A DNA stretch of 64,000 nt from Anaerolineae bacterium (GTDB taxonomy: Bacteria > Chloroflexota > Anaerolineae > S140-20): the NCBI GenBank assembly GCA_027021705.1, contig JALUTT010000120.1, positions 1 through 64,000 on the forward strand, written 5' to 3'. The translations under genes and the position numbers were made by a program. Of this stretch, positions 9,309 through 21,043 are shown piece by piece. Within the stretch, counting starts at the first letter, position 1. Each line of letters begins with the position of its first letter. The notes under the pieces are model-generated. The model saw only the letters and a list, made by a program, of their open reading frames with translations, was not told where the DNA came from and ran no database searches.

Positions 9309-10625
9309 ATGACCGAGGGGAAAAGACGAGATGGTGTAGGGTGGTGGCTGAGGCGGGTCGGCATCCTCGCGGCGCTGCTCTTCCTCCTCCGCTGGGAGTA
9401 CCCGGCGCCGGGGGATAGGACGTACCAGCTAGCCTACCTGACGGCTGGTCGGCAGTTCGACTTCGTGGGTTGGGAGATCGGGGCCCTGCTGGGCAAGGCA
9501 GGCCAAGCCCTCAGCCCTCTCCATTGCTACCTTCCTCCCCAGAGCCGCCGTCAGGTCGTCCTCGACTACCTGGATCTGGTCGAGGACATCCGCCGCACCG
9601 AGGACGAGATCAACCGCCTCTACGCCGATCCCCAGGTCGCGGACCCGGAGGTCGCCTCGGCCCCTCTCCGTGCTCGGCTGGCCCGTCTGCGAGCCCAACA
9701 AGCCCGGGTGCAGCTCCTGGTCGAGGCGATCCTCGAGGAGCAGGTTGCCACCGTCCTGGCCGATGAAGGGTTCGCCTTTCTGGGAGAGATTGTCCCTCCG
9801 GTCAGTTTCCATTTCACCCCTCTGCCCCGGATGCTGGTCATCTCCCCGCGCGATGAGATCCGCCAGATCGAGGCGGTGCCGTTGCAGGCCGGGTTTCCGG
9901 TGGACCAGGCTGCGGCCTTGGAAGCCCAGGTGGACGAGCGGCTGAATGTTTCTTCCCTGGTCGTCCCCATCGGCGGCCTGGCCCTCTATCCGGCAATGAC
10001 GCTGGAGAGCACCAGCCTTCCCTGGCTGGTTGAGACCATTGCCCACGAGTGGACCCACCACTACCTCTTCCTGCGCCCCCTGGGTTGGCAGTATGAGTCC
10101 AACCCAGAAGCGCGGACGATCAACGAGACGGCGGCCAATCTGGTGGGCAAAGCGATCGGGCGGAAGGTGCTGGAGCGGTACTATCCAGAGCAAGTCCCGC
10201 CGTCCTCCCCGCCGTCGCCGCCGGAGTCGCCCTCTCCGACGGAGCCGCCGGCTTTCAATTTCACCCTGGAGATGCGGAAGACGCGCATCCACGTGGACGA
10301 GCTGCTGGCCGAAGCCCGACGGCTTCGGGAGGCCGGTGATGAAGCGGGGGCCGAGGCGAAGATCGAGGAAGCCGAGGCCTATATGGAGGCCCGGCGGCGT
10401 CTTTTCGTCGAACGTGGCTACCGCATTCGCAAGCTCAACCAGGCCTACTTCGCCTTCTACGGGGCCTACGCCGACGAACCTCTGGGCGGAGCGGCCGGTG
10501 CCAACCCCGTGGGCAGCGTCGTCCAGGCCCTCTGGAAGCGGAGCCCTTCCATCAAGAACTTCCTGGACACCGTTGCCTTCGCTACCAGCTTGGAGGATCT
10601 GAAGCGGGCGCTGGGGGAGGGCTGA
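9309..10625 (+). CDS. Membrane-anchored zinc aminopeptidase-like protein
   Basis: N-terminal TM; AHEWTH (HExxH) plus downstream NETAA glutamate; KLNQAYFAFYGAY. Confidence 0.65.
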   Translation: MTEGKRRDGVGWWLRRVGILAALLFLLRWEYPAPGDRTYQLAYLTAGRQFDFVGWEIGALLGKAGQALSPLHCYLPPQSRRQVVLDYLDLVEDIRRTEDEINRLYADPQVADPEVASAPLRARLARLRAQQARVQLLVEAILEEQVATVLADEGFAFLGEIVPPVSFHFTPLPRMLVISPRDEIRQIEAVPLQAGFPVDQAAALEAQVDERLNVSSLVVPIGGLALYPAMTLESTSLPWLVETIAHEWTHHYLFLRPLGWQYESNPEARTINETAANLVGKAIGRKVLERYYPEQVPPSSPPSPPESPSPTEPPAFNFTLEMRKTRIHVDELLAEARRLREAGDEAGAEAKIEEAEAYMEARRRLFVERGYRIRKLNQAYFAFYGAYADEPLGGAAGANPVGSVVQALWKRSPSIKNFLDTVAFATSLEDLKRALGEG

Positions 10626-10665
10626 CTTCCATCCAGGTCCGGCCCTCAAAATTCCCCAAGGAGAC

Positions 10666-10694
10666 TTGCCGGTTTCCCCCAATGGCTGTATACT
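10666..10694 (+). promoter_or_regulatory. Sigma-70-type promoter upstream of the tandem RNA candidate
   Basis: TTGCCG-17 bp-TATACT. Confidence 0.55.
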
Positions 10695-10723
10695 ACACCG
10701 TTGTAGCAAGCGATCCTGGGGTC

Positions 10724-10868
10724 GTGCCCTCGTTCTGGCGACAGTTGTTCCCCCTTTGAGCAGGCTGAACACAACTGGTTGTACACGACGTGGTTGCCGC
10801 AAAGAACCTAGACCTGCCCCCGTGCTGGCGACAGCGGTTTCCCCTCTGAACAGGCTAACAACCGTGCT
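10724..10868 (+). ncRNA. Candidate tandem structured RNA (two ~55-nt units, 90-bp period)
   Basis: Two similar units with a shared CTG-GCGA-CAG, CCT-N6-AGG and a compensatorily changed outer stem; not matched to a family I recognise. Confidence 0.45.
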
Positions 10869-11108
10869 GGCTCCTCTCTGAACCCTGCGAAAGTTTAACC
10901 CATTTCTATCCAGTCCTTAACTCTCTTCAAATTCTCATTGGGTATGCTAGGGTATGCTGAGGGTCTTCCTTTCGTCCCTGAGGGAACTCAGAGTCGGCTC
11001 AGGATACCGAGGAAAGGGCTCCCACACCCCCGTCTGCCGGGCGTGGGAGCCTGGTCTGCCGTTGTGATAAATGAGGTAATCCGACGCGCAGGAGACGAGC
11101 GCGGATAC

Positions 11109-11162
11109 GTAACAGGGTTGTAATCCGGCTGTAATCCCTTCCCGCTTGCTGGAAGGTATACT
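11109..11162 (+). promoter_or_regulatory. 11-bp-periodic GTAA direct repeats plus -10 box (glgP promoter)
   Basis: GTAAC/GTAAT at 11109, 11120 and 11131 (also 11076, in phase); TATACT at 11157 with no consensus -35. Confidence 0.5.
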
Positions 11163-11241
11163 GAGGCGGTGGCCCCTGGGATTGTCCCACCCTCCGCTCA
11201 GGTGATGCTTCCCCACCAAGGATAAGGAGGTTGAAAGCGCT

Positions 11242-13434
11242 ATGGAACTGAAAGCGGCACCCGTCTGGGAGAAAGTCCCCCCACGCCTTGACCGTCTGGT
11301 CGAGCTGGCCTATAACCTCTGGTGGAGCTGGCATCCTGAGGCGCGGGTTCTCTTCAAGATGCTGGATTACCCCCTCTGGAAGGAGACAGGCCACAACCCG
11401 GTCAAAATGCTTCTCGCCATCAGCCCGGAGCGACTCCAGGCCGTGGCTCGTGACCCGGCTTTCCTTAAGCAGTATGATGCCGTGGTGATGTCCTTTGAGA
11501 CCGAGATGGCCAACGGCCACCTCTGGTTTCCGATGCGCTATCCCGGCCTGATGCACTATCCCATTGCCTATTTCTCCGCCGAGTTCGGCATCCACCAGTC
11601 GCTCCCCATCTACTCAGGGGGGCTGGGGATCCTCTCCGGTGACCACAGCAAGGAGGCCAGCGATCTGGGACTTCCCTTCGTCGGGGTCGGCTTTATGTAT
11701 CCGCAGGGCTACTTCCGGCAGCGTATCCCCCCCCACGGTTGGCAAGAGGCGATCTACGAGCAGATCAACCCGGCCGAGGTGCCCGTCCGCCCCATCACCG
11801 GGCCTGACGGGGAGCCCCTGGTGATCTCCGTCCAAATGGACGACCACCCGGTCTACGTGGAGGTCTGGCGGGTTCAGGTCGGTCGGGTCAACCTCTACCT
11901 GATGGACACAGACATCGAGCAGAACGCCCCATGGGATCGGGAGCTCTCGGCCCGCCTCTACGGCGGAGACCAGGAGATGCGCATCAAGCAGGAGATCATC
12001 CTAGGGATCGGTGGGGTGCGAGTCCTGCGGGCCCTAGAGATCCACCCGGCGGCCTGGCATCTGAACGAAGGCCACTCCGCCTTCTTGGTGCTGGAGCGCA
12101 TTCGGGAGTTGGTCCAGGCCGGCTTGAGCTTCGAGGAGGCGGCCGACCAAGTGCGGGCGACGACCATCTTCACTACCCACACACCGGTGCCGGCCGGTCA
12201 CGACGTCTTCCCCTTCCATCTAATGGAAAAGTACTTCTGGCACTACTGGGGCGAGATGGGACTGGACCGGGATCGCTTCATGGCCCTGGGGGCTTACGAC
12301 CAAGGCTGGGGCGTGGGGTTCAACATGACCGCGCTGGCCCTCCGCTACTCCGGCTGGCGCAACGGGGTGAGTCGGCTCCACGGCGAGGTTTCCCGCCGGA
12401 TGTGGCAGCCCGTCTGGCCGGAGCTGGAGCGGGCTGAGGATGTGCCCATCACCTCCATCACCAACGGCGTCCACCTCCCCACCTGGGTGGCTGGCGCGAT
12501 GGACCGGCTCTACGACCGCTATCTGGGATCCGACTGGCTGGAACACCACGACGATCCCCTCTTCTGGGAGCGGGTTCAGGAGATCCCCGACGAGGCGCTG
12601 TGGGAGGTCCACCTGTACCTGAAGCGGAAGCTGATGGCCTTCATCCGGGAGCGGGCCCGGCGCAAGCGGATTCGGGGAGAGATGGACCCGGAGCAGGTGC
12701 TGGCAGCCGGCACTTTCCTGGACCCCGAGGCCCTTACCATCGGCTTCGCTCGCCGTTTCGCCACCTACAAGCGGGCTACTCTCATCTTCCACGACATCGA
12801 GCGCCTGAAGCGCATCCTGAACGACCCCTATCGGCCCGTCCAGATCATCTTTGCCGGCAAGGCTCACCCGGCCGACGATCCCGGCAAGCACCTCATCCAG
12901 TATATCTACAACCTGACGAAGGACCCCAGCTTCGGCGGGCGGATCGCCTTCCTCGAGGACTACGACATGCATATGGCCCACTACCTGGTGCAGGGGGTGG
13001 ACGTCTGGCTGAACAACCCCCGGCCTCCGCGAGAGGCCAGCGGGACCAGTGGGATGAAGGCGTCCATCAACGGTGTTCCCAACCTAAGCATCCTGGATGG
13101 CTGGTGGGCGGAGGGGTACAACGGGGCCAACGGTTGGGCTTTCGGTAGGAACCGGGAGCACGAGAGCCCGGAGGCCCAGGATGCCGCCGATGCCCAGGCT
13201 CTCTACCGGGTGCTGGAAGAGGAGGTTGTCCCCCTCTTCTACCAGCGCGACGCCGATGGAGTGCCCCGCGCCTGGATCCGGGTGATGAAGGAAGCGATCC
13301 GTTCCACGATGCCCATCTTCAGTACCCGGCGGATGGTGAAGGAGTACACCGAGCGGATGTACGTCCCGGCCATCCGCAACGCTATCGCCTTGAGGGAGGC
13401 AGCGGAGAGAGTCCTCGCCGTACCACCGGGATAG
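11242..13434 (+). CDS. glgP: Alpha-glucan (glycogen/maltodextrin) phosphorylase
   Basis: YFSAEFG, YSGGLGILSGDH, FARRFATYKRA, EASGTSGMK (PLP lysine); TAAGGAGG SD. Confidence 0.96.
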   Translation: MELKAAPVWEKVPPRLDRLVELAYNLWWSWHPEARVLFKMLDYPLWKETGHNPVKMLLAISPERLQAVARDPAFLKQYDAVVMSFETEMANGHLWFPMRYPGLMHYPIAYFSAEFGIHQSLPIYSGGLGILSGDHSKEASDLGLPFVGVGFMYPQGYFRQRIPPHGWQEAIYEQINPAEVPVRPITGPDGEPLVISVQMDDHPVYVEVWRVQVGRVNLYLMDTDIEQNAPWDRELSARLYGGDQEMRIKQEIILGIGGVRVLRALEIHPAAWHLNEGHSAFLVLERIRELVQAGLSFEEAADQVRATTIFTTHTPVPAGHDVFPFHLMEKYFWHYWGEMGLDRDRFMALGAYDQGWGVGFNMTALALRYSGWRNGVSRLHGEVSRRMWQPVWPELERAEDVPITSITNGVHLPTWVAGAMDRLYDRYLGSDWLEHHDDPLFWERVQEIPDEALWEVHLYLKRKLMAFIRERARRKRIRGEMDPEQVLAAGTFLDPEALTIGFARRFATYKRATLIFHDIERLKRILNDPYRPVQIIFAGKAHPADDPGKHLIQYIYNLTKDPSFGGRIAFLEDYDMHMAHYLVQGVDVWLNNPRPPREASGTSGMKASINGVPNLSILDGWWAEGYNGANGWAFGRNREHESPEAQDAADAQALYRVLEEEVVPLFYQRDADGVPRAWIRVMKEAIRSTMPIFSTRRMVKEYTERMYVPAIRNAIALREAAERVLAVPPG

Positions 13435-13536
13435 GAGGGCCGAGGGAGGCGTTTGGCCCGAGCTGGCGAAGAACGAGGCCGACGGCTGTCCGCAGACAAC
13501 CGTCGGCCTCCTGTCATTCACTTTTGTTCCTCACCA

Positions 13537-16137
13537 TCAGGCGGGCACAGCGACCTCGATCGCCTTGCGGAAGACCAGGCCGTCGCCTTCCACATCCACC
13601 CAGATGGTGTCCCCCTCGCCGAACTCCCCTTCCAGGATCTTCAGGGCCAGGGGGTCCTGCACTTCCCGCTGGATGACCCGCTTCAGCGGTCGTGCGCCGA
13701 AGACGGGATCGTACCCTTTCTCGGCCAGCCACTCCTTCGCTGCCTGGCTCAGCTCCAGGTCCATTCCCCGCTCGGCCAGGAGCTGCCGCAACCGGTTGAT
13801 CTGGATCTCCACGATCTGGACCAGGTGCTCCTTCGTCAGCGCGTGGAAGATGATGATCTCGTCAATCCGGTTCAGGAATTCGGGCCGGAAGTGACGGTCC
13901 AGCTCGTGTAGCACCATCTCCCGCGCGTTCTCAGGCCCCAGTTCCTTGATCCACTGGGAGCCGATGTTGCTGGTCATGATGACGACGGTGTTGGTGAAGT
14001 CCACCGTCCGTCCGTGGCCGTCGGTCAGCCGGCCCTCGTCCAGCAACTGGAGCAGGACGTTGAAGACCTCGGGGTGGGCTTTCTCGATCTCGTCGAAGAG
14101 GATGACGGAGTAGGGCCGGCGACGCACTGCCTCGGTCAACTGGCCGCCCTCCTCGTAGCCGACGTAGCCCGGCGGCGCGCCGATGAGCCGGGAGACGGTG
14201 TGGCGCTCCTGGTACTCGCTCATATCAATGCGCACCAGAGCGTCCTCGTCGTCGAAGAGGAACTCGGCCAGCGCCCGGGCCAGCTCCGTCTTGCCCACGC
14301 CCGTCGGTCCCAGGAAGATGAAGGTCCCGATGGGCCGGTTCGGGTCCTGCAGGCCGGCCCGCGCTCGCCGGACGGCGTTGGCGACCGCTTTGATGGCGTC
14401 GTCCTGACCGACGACCCGCTGATGGAGCCGTTCCTCCATACGGAGCAACTTCTCGATCTCCCCCTCCAAGAGGCGGGAGACGGGGATGCCGGTCCACTGG
14501 GAGACAACCCTGGCTACGTCTTCAGCATCCACTTCCTCCTTGAGCAGAGCACCATCCCGTTGAAGTTCCCTCAACCGGGCTTCTTGCTCCTGGAGCTTCT
14601 GTTCCAATTCCCGCAGGACGCCGTAGCGCAGCCGGGCGGCTTCTTCCAAGTCGGCCCGTCGCTCCGCCTGCTCGATGGCGATGCGGGTTTGCTCGATCTC
14701 TTCCTTGATCTGCCGGATCTCCTGGATGGCCTCCTTCTCGGCCTGCCAGCGGGCGGTCAACTGGGCGCTCTTCTCCCGCAACTCGGCCAGTTCCCTCTCC
14801 AGCTTCTGGAGCCGTTCCTTGCTGGCCCGGTCCTTTTCCTTCTTGAGGGCCTCCCGTTCGATCTCCAGTTGCATGATCTGCCGGTCAATGTGGTCCAGGT
14901 CCGTCGGCTTGGAGTCAATCTCCGTCCGCAGCCGGGAAGCGGCCTCGTCAATCAGGTCAATGGCCTTGTCGGGCAGGTGGCGGTCGGCGATGTAGCGGTC
15001 GGAGAGCACGGCGGCCGCGATGACGGCGCTGTCGGTGATGCGCACGCCGTGGTGGACCTCATATCGCTCCTTCAGCCCCCGCAGGATGCTGATGGTCTCC
15101 TCGACGCTGGGCTCGTCCACGAAGACGGGCTGGAAGCGCCGCTCCAGGGCAGCGTCCTTTTCGATGTACTTCCGGTACTCGTCCAGGGTCGTGGCCCCGA
15201 TGCAGTGGAGCTCGCCCCGGGCCAGCATCGGCTTGAGCATGTTGCTGGCGTCCATCGCGCCCTCGGCGGCTCCGGCCCCGACGACGGTGTGCAGCTCGTC
15301 AATGAAGAGGATGATCTGGCCGGCGGCATCGGTCACCTCTTTCAGGACCGCCTTCAGCCGCTCTTCGAATTCACCCCGATACTTGGCTCCGGCGACGAGG
15401 GCACCCAGATCGAGTTGGACGATCCGCTTGTCCTTCAACCCCTCGGGCACGTCGCCCCGGACGATCCGCTGGGCCAGCCCCTCGACGATGGCCGTCTTGC
15501 CCACGCCGGCGTCGCCCACCAGCACCGGGTTGTTCTTCGTCCGCCGGCTCAGGATCTGGATCACCCGACGGATCTCGTCATCCCGCCCGATCACCGGGTC
15601 CAACTTCCCTTGGCGGGCCAGCGCCGTCAGGTCCCGCCCGTACTTTTCCAGCGCCTGGTAGGTCGTCTCCGGATGCGGGCTGGTCACCCGCTGGCTCCCC
15701 CGGATGGCGGTGAGGGCCTGGAGCACGACGTCGCGACCGATGCCGTGGGCTGCCAGGAAGTCCGCCGTGGGGCCGGCAGCCCCCCGGTCGGTCAGGGCCA
15801 GGAGCAGGTGCTCCGTGGAGACGTACTCGTCCCGCATCCGGGCCATCTCCTGCTCTGCCTGCCGCAGTACCTCGGCCAAAGCTCGGGAGAGGCCCACCTG
15901 GGCTGCTGCTCCGTAGACCTTGGGCTTGCCCTGCAGCGTCCGCTCCAGGGCCGCGATCAACTGAGCCGGATAGATCCCCAGCTTCTGCACCACCTGCGGG
16001 ACCACACCATCGCTCTGCTGGAGTAGGGCCAGCAGCAGGTGATCTGGTTCAATCTGGCTGTGGTTGTACTCCTCCGCCAACCGTTGGGCGGCCAGGATGG
16101 CTTCTTGGGCTTTCTCCGTAAACCGATTCAGGTTCAT
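13537..16137 (-). CDS. clpB: ATP-dependent chaperone ClpB
   Basis: Clp N-domain, two AAA modules ([16 protein letters not shown]), long coiled-coil M-domain. Confidence 0.97.
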   Translation of the reverse strand: MNLNRFTEKAQEAILAAQRLAEEYNHSQIEPDHLLLALLQQSDGVVPQVVQKLGIYPAQLIAALERTLQGKPKVYGAAAQVGLSRALAEVLRQAEQEMARMRDEYVSTEHLLLALTDRGAAGPTADFLAAHGIGRDVVLQALTAIRGSQRVTSPHPETTYQALEKYGRDLTALARQGKLDPVIGRDDEIRRVIQILSRRTKNNPVLVGDAGVGKTAIVEGLAQRIVRGDVPEGLKDKRIVQLDLGALVAGAKYRGEFEERLKAVLKEVTDAAGQIILFIDELHTVVGAGAAEGAMDASNMLKPMLARGELHCIGATTLDEYRKYIEKDAALERRFQPVFVDEPSVEETISILRGLKERYEVHHGVRITDSAVIAAAVLSDRYIADRHLPDKAIDLIDEAASRLRTEIDSKPTDLDHIDRQIMQLEIEREALKKEKDRASKERLQKLERELAELREKSAQLTARWQAEKEAIQEIRQIKEEIEQTRIAIEQAERRADLEEAARLRYGVLRELEQKLQEQEARLRELQRDGALLKEEVDAEDVARVVSQWTGIPVSRLLEGEIEKLLRMEERLHQRVVGQDDAIKAVANAVRRARAGLQDPNRPIGTFIFLGPTGVGKTELARALAEFLFDDEDALVRIDMSEYQERHTVSRLIGAPPGYVGYEEGGQLTEAVRRRPYSVILFDEIEKAHPEVFNVLLQLLDEGRLTDGHGRTVDFTNTVVIMTSNIGSQWIKELGPENAREMVLHELDRHFRPEFLNRIDEIIIFHALTKEHLVQIVEIQINRLRQLLAERGMDLELSQAAKEWLAEKGYDPVFGARPLKRVIQREVQDPLALKILEGEFGEGDTIWVDVEGDGLVFRKAIEVAVPA

Positions 16138-16213
16138 CGCTCTGGTCCTCCTCTCTCCCCATCTCGACCCTTGCCAATCCAGCACGTGTTGTGCGTTACG
16201 TGTTGCGTGTCTT

Positions 16214-16267
16214 ATTCTAGCCCCGGCGCATTAGATGGGCATAGGAAGAACGTTAGCATTGCATTAG
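16214..16267 (-). promoter_or_regulatory. clpB promoter: -10 TAGAAT preceded by four 11-bp-periodic direct repeats
   Basis: Minus-strand CTAATG/CTAACG/CCTATG/CTAATG at plus positions 16262, 16251, 16240 and 16229. Confidence 0.55.
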
Positions 16268-16278
16268 AACTGAAGCAG

Positions 16279-16316
16279 CGGAAACGCGCCTAACCTGCGG
16301 GAGGGTGAACAGTTAC
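16279..16316. repeat. Half copy of family B element
   Basis: CGGAAACGCGCCTAACCTGCGGGAGGGTGAACAGTTAC matches the right end of 35747-35868. Confidence 0.8.
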
Positions 16317-16351
16317 TGCTTGTTCTCCCTTCGCTGGCCCGTTGGCTCTGA

Positions 16352-17932
16352 CTACAAGATGACAACGGCACCGCCCCGGCGAGGATCACCTGTTGCCTTG
16401 ATGGTGCCGTTCTGTCGGGACACGGCGTGGACGCCGCCGAAGTAGAGGCTGCGCTGACGCCAGCGGTTGACCTGGTAGCCCATCGCCTCCAGCTCGTCGG
16501 CGACCAGAGGGTTGTAGCCTCCTTCTAAATGGAGGGTGCCCTCTTCGAAGTGGACGCGCGGGGCGAGGACCGCTTGCTCCAGCGAGAGGGGGAAGTCCAG
16601 CAGGTTGTTGAGCACCTGCAGGATGGCTGTGCGCAGCCGGTTGCTCCCACCGCTGCCCAGAGCGAGGACAGGGCGGCCTCCTTCCAGGACGATGGTAGGG
16701 GCCATCATCGAGGCGAGCCGGATGCCGGGTGGATCCTGATGGAACCCTCGGGGGTGCAGATCGGCCTCTCCCATCAGGTTGTTCAGCGTCACGCCTGTCT
16801 CCCCGATGATGAAGCCGGCCGACTCCCCCGGCGTCGTGGTCAGGGAGACGATCAGTCCATCTCGGTCCGCCACGCTGATGTGGGTCGTGTTGGCCGGCCC
16901 ACCGCTCCTAGGAGCATCGGAACCCCGGCCCGGTCGGGCCAGCGCCTCGGTCAGGTCTGCACAGTAGGAGGCAACCACCGCGTCGTCGAGGAACGCCGTC
17001 ACCCGCTCTGTGCCTCCCAGCCGAGATAGCGCCTCCCATCGCTGTCGGGCTTGATTGGTCAACCGCATTACTTCGGCCAGGATGGTCAGGTGCCGGGTCG
17101 AGGCGTGGTCCACATCGCTCAGGTCCAGGCTTTCCAACAGTTTGAGGGAGAAGGCGATGAGGGCTCCACCGGTTGAGGGCGGCGGCGGCATTAGGATGGT
17201 GTGTCCTCGGTAATCGAGGCGGATGGGCGCGCAACGGTAGACCCGGTAGTAGGCCAGGTCTGCGGCCGTGATGAGCCCGCCGTGGGCCTCTTGGTCGGCG
17301 ACGATGGCCTGGCCGATGGGGCCGGTGTAGAAGAGGTCAGGTCCCTCCTGGGCCAGCCACTCCAGCGTCTCGGCCAAGCGGGGCATCCGTATCAGGTCCC
17401 CTTCGCTGGCGAAGCGACCGTTGATGGTGTAGCGCCGGGCCAGGGATGGGGTATAGGTGAAGATGGGTTCCAGGAGCTTCAGGATGAACGCTCTGGGCGG
17501 GGCGAGATGGAAGCCCTCCCGAGCCAGACGGATGGCCGGGGCCAGTACCTGGGAGAGGGGCATCGTGCCCTGCTCTTCCAACAGGGTGCAGAGGCCGGCG
17601 ACGTTGCCGGGCACGGCCGCTGAGGCCCGCCCCACGTGGAAGACCTGGGTCGCATCGCCGAAGTCCACCGTCACCGCCTGGAAGTCCAGGGGGCGGTCCT
17701 TCCCCCGACCCAGACCCGGCACATTGGCGAAGAAGTCATAGACCGTGGCTTCCCCCTGGGGCGTGCAGACCAAGGCGAAGCCACAGCCGCCGATGTTGGA
17801 GATGTCTCCCTCGGCGATGAACGAGGCGAAGGCGGCCGCCACGGCCGCGTCCACAGCGTTTCCCCCCTGGGCCAGGAGTTCAGCACCGGCAGCGGCAGTT
17901 TCAGGACTTCCGGCTGCAATGGCTCCCCGCAT
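16352..17932 (-). CDS. ggt: Gamma-glutamyltransferase family protein
   Basis: GGNAVDAAVAA, AVPGNVAG, NTTH autocleavage Thr, SMMAPT, GSGGS, DPRRGG. Confidence 0.92.
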   Translation of the reverse strand: MRGAIAAGSPETAAAGAELLAQGGNAVDAAVAAAFASFIAEGDISNIGGCGFALVCTPQGEATVYDFFANVPGLGRGKDRPLDFQAVTVDFGDATQVFHVGRASAAVPGNVAGLCTLLEEQGTMPLSQVLAPAIRLAREGFHLAPPRAFILKLLEPIFTYTPSLARRYTINGRFASEGDLIRMPRLAETLEWLAQEGPDLFYTGPIGQAIVADQEAHGGLITAADLAYYRVYRCAPIRLDYRGHTILMPPPPSTGGALIAFSLKLLESLDLSDVDHASTRHLTILAEVMRLTNQARQRWEALSRLGGTERVTAFLDDAVVASYCADLTEALARPGRGSDAPRSGGPANTTHISVADRDGLIVSLTTTPGESAGFIIGETGVTLNNLMGEADLHPRGFHQDPPGIRLASMMAPTIVLEGGRPVLALGSGGSNRLRTAILQVLNNLLDFPLSLEQAVLAPRVHFEEGTLHLEGGYNPLVADELEAMGYQVNRWRQRSLYFGGVHAVSRQNGTIKATGDPRRGGAVVIL

Positions 17933-18023
17933 CGTGAGTTCCTCTCGAAGATTGACAAAGGGTGCTTTTCGTGTTAGCATGAAAGAGGCCCCCCAAGTGC
18001 CCCTGGGGGGCCAACGCAAGTCT

Positions 18024-18083
18024 ATTATACCGAGAGACGGGCGAAAATACAAGGTTGACATGGCTGAAGGGATGTGATAGAAT
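18024..18083. promoter_or_regulatory. Back-to-back sigma-70 promoters (ggt, and S1/sigma operon)
   Basis: Plus: TTGACA(18055)-17-TAGAAT(18078). Minus: TTGTAT-17-TATAAT (18052 to 18024). Confidence 0.75.
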
Positions 18084-18199
18084 CCCTTTTGGAGTGGTTT
18101 CGCGTGACAACCCAACAGCACCCCCTCCTATGAATCCCAGAGGCCACCCCCATTGGAAGCAACCAACTGTCACCCCCCCTGCACCAAAGAGAAGATCGT

Positions 18200-19804
18200 A
18201 TGACTGAACCAACTTCCGAGGAAAACAACGCCACCTTCCAGGAGCTCTTTGAGCAAGAGTATCGCTACCAGGAACCCCAGACCGGTGAGATCCGCCAAGC
18301 TACGATCATTGAGATCCGTCCTGATGAGATCATCGTAGATCTGGGGACCAAGCGGGACGGTATCATCCCCCGCCGTGACCTGCAGCGATTGGGGAAAGAG
18401 GAGCTGGCCCAGCTGCGGGTAGGTGACGAGATCCCCGTATACATCCTCAAGCCGGCCGATACCAACGGCGAACTGTTGGTCTCCCTGTCCAAAGGGCTGG
18501 AGCAGCAGGACTGGGATCGCGCCCACGAGATGTTGGACAGCGGTGAGATCGTCACTTGCAAGGTCGTGGGCCACAACAAGGGTGGGATTCTGGTGGAGTT
18601 CGGTCGGCTGCGGGGATTTGTCCCCAATTCCCACCTCTTGGGCTTCTCTCGGAGCCAGAGTCGCGCCGATCAGCAAGCCTTCAAGAGCGGTCTGGTGGGG
18701 CAGGAGATCGTCCTGAAGGTGATCGAGGTGGATCAGGAGCGCCGTCGCCTGGTCCTCTCCCAGCGAGCGGCCCAGCGCATCTGGCGGCGTCAACAGAAAG
18801 AACGGCTGATGGCCGAGCTCCACGAGGGAGAGATCCGCCGGGGGCGGGTCAGTGGGCTGGCGAAGTTTGGAGCCTTTGTGGACCTGGGAGGGGCCGATGG
18901 CCTCATCCACATCTCGGAGCTGGACTGGCAGCACGTGGAAGACCCCAGCGAGGTCCTCCAGGTAGGCGATGAGATTGATGTCTACATCCTGAGTCTGGAC
19001 CGGGAGCAGGGACGCATTGGCCTCAGCCGCAAACGCCTCCTGCCCGACCCCTGGACTCTGGTTGCGGAAAAACACAAGGAAGGGGACCTGGTGGAGGGGG
19101 TGGTGACGAACCTGGCGGACTTCGGTGCCTTCGTCCAACTGGACGAAGGGGTGGAGGGCCTGATCCACATCACGGAGATCGCCTCGCCCCCCCCGGAGGA
19201 TCCCCGGGCTGTGCTCCGGCCGGGGGATCGCGTGTTGGTGCGGATCGTTCGCATCGAGGCCGAGCGGCAGCGGATTGGCCTGAGCCTACGTCAGGTGAGC
19301 AAGCGCGAGCAGATTGAGTGGCTGGCTCAGCAGGCAATGAAGAAAGAAGAAGAGAAGGCGGTGGCAGAAGAAGCACCCCCCGCTCCGGCTCCCCCGGCGG
19401 AAGAAGCGGAAGAAATGGCCGTGTCGGAGGAACCGGTGGCCGCCGCCGTTGAGGAGCTGGCCCCTGAGGTGCCCACCCCAGCAGTGGAAGAGAAGGAGGG
19501 CGAGGGGGAGCCGAAAGAGCCGGGGGCCGCTGTCGTTGAAGAGCCAGCCTCTGAAGTGCCCACCCCAGCAGCGAAAGAGGGGGAGCCAGGAAAGGCCGTG
19601 CCCGGTCCTGCCGGTGAGGCCGAGGGAGAGGTGACGATGAAGACGTCCGAGGCGACGTCAGAAGGCGCTCTGGAGGGAGAAGACGAAGCCAAGGCATTCG
19701 TTGAGGAGCCCATCGAGGTTATGGGCGAGAACCCTGCGGAGACCGAAGGGGCCTCGTCGGGTACGGAGACCGAGGCGGGGCCCGCGCCGGAAGAGGCGCA
19801 ATGA
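18200..19804 (+). CDS. rpsA: Ribosomal protein S1-like protein (4 S1 domains) with long acidic tail
   Basis: Repeated S1 motifs (FGAFVDLGGADGLIHISEL; FGAFVQLDEGVEGLIHITEI); Glu/Pro/Ala-rich C-terminus. May be a paralog. Confidence 0.8.
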   Translation: MTEPTSEENNATFQELFEQEYRYQEPQTGEIRQATIIEIRPDEIIVDLGTKRDGIIPRRDLQRLGKEELAQLRVGDEIPVYILKPADTNGELLVSLSKGLEQQDWDRAHEMLDSGEIVTCKVVGHNKGGILVEFGRLRGFVPNSHLLGFSRSQSRADQQAFKSGLVGQEIVLKVIEVDQERRRLVLSQRAAQRIWRRQQKERLMAELHEGEIRRGRVSGLAKFGAFVDLGGADGLIHISELDWQHVEDPSEVLQVGDEIDVYILSLDREQGRIGLSRKRLLPDPWTLVAEKHKEGDLVEGVVTNLADFGAFVQLDEGVEGLIHITEIASPPPEDPRAVLRPGDRVLVRIVRIEAERQRIGLSLRQVSKREQIEWLAQQAMKKEEEKAVAEEAPPAPAPPAEEAEEMAVSEEPVAAAVEELAPEVPTPAVEEKEGEGEPKEPGAAVVEEPASEVPTPAAKEGEPGKAVPGPAGEAEGEVTMKTSEATSEGALEGEDEAKAFVEEPIEVMGENPAETEGASSGTETEAGPAPEEAQ

Positions 19805-19808
19805 GACC

Positions 19809-20999
<1,191 letters not shown>

Positions 21000-21043
21000 C
21001 TCGCCGGGAGCACAGCCTGCCTGGGCGGTTGTCCAGACGTTAG

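Noticed and set aside
10800..10825. AGACCTGCC as a cobalamin riboswitch B12 box; GGGTCGTG..CTGGCG as a ZTP riboswitch
   Set aside because: The remaining conserved cores are missing and the gene context does not fit.
10666..10881. 71-aa ORF over the tandem repeat
   Set aside because: Its TTG start is the -35 box of a promoter; the changes fit RNA pairing better than coding.
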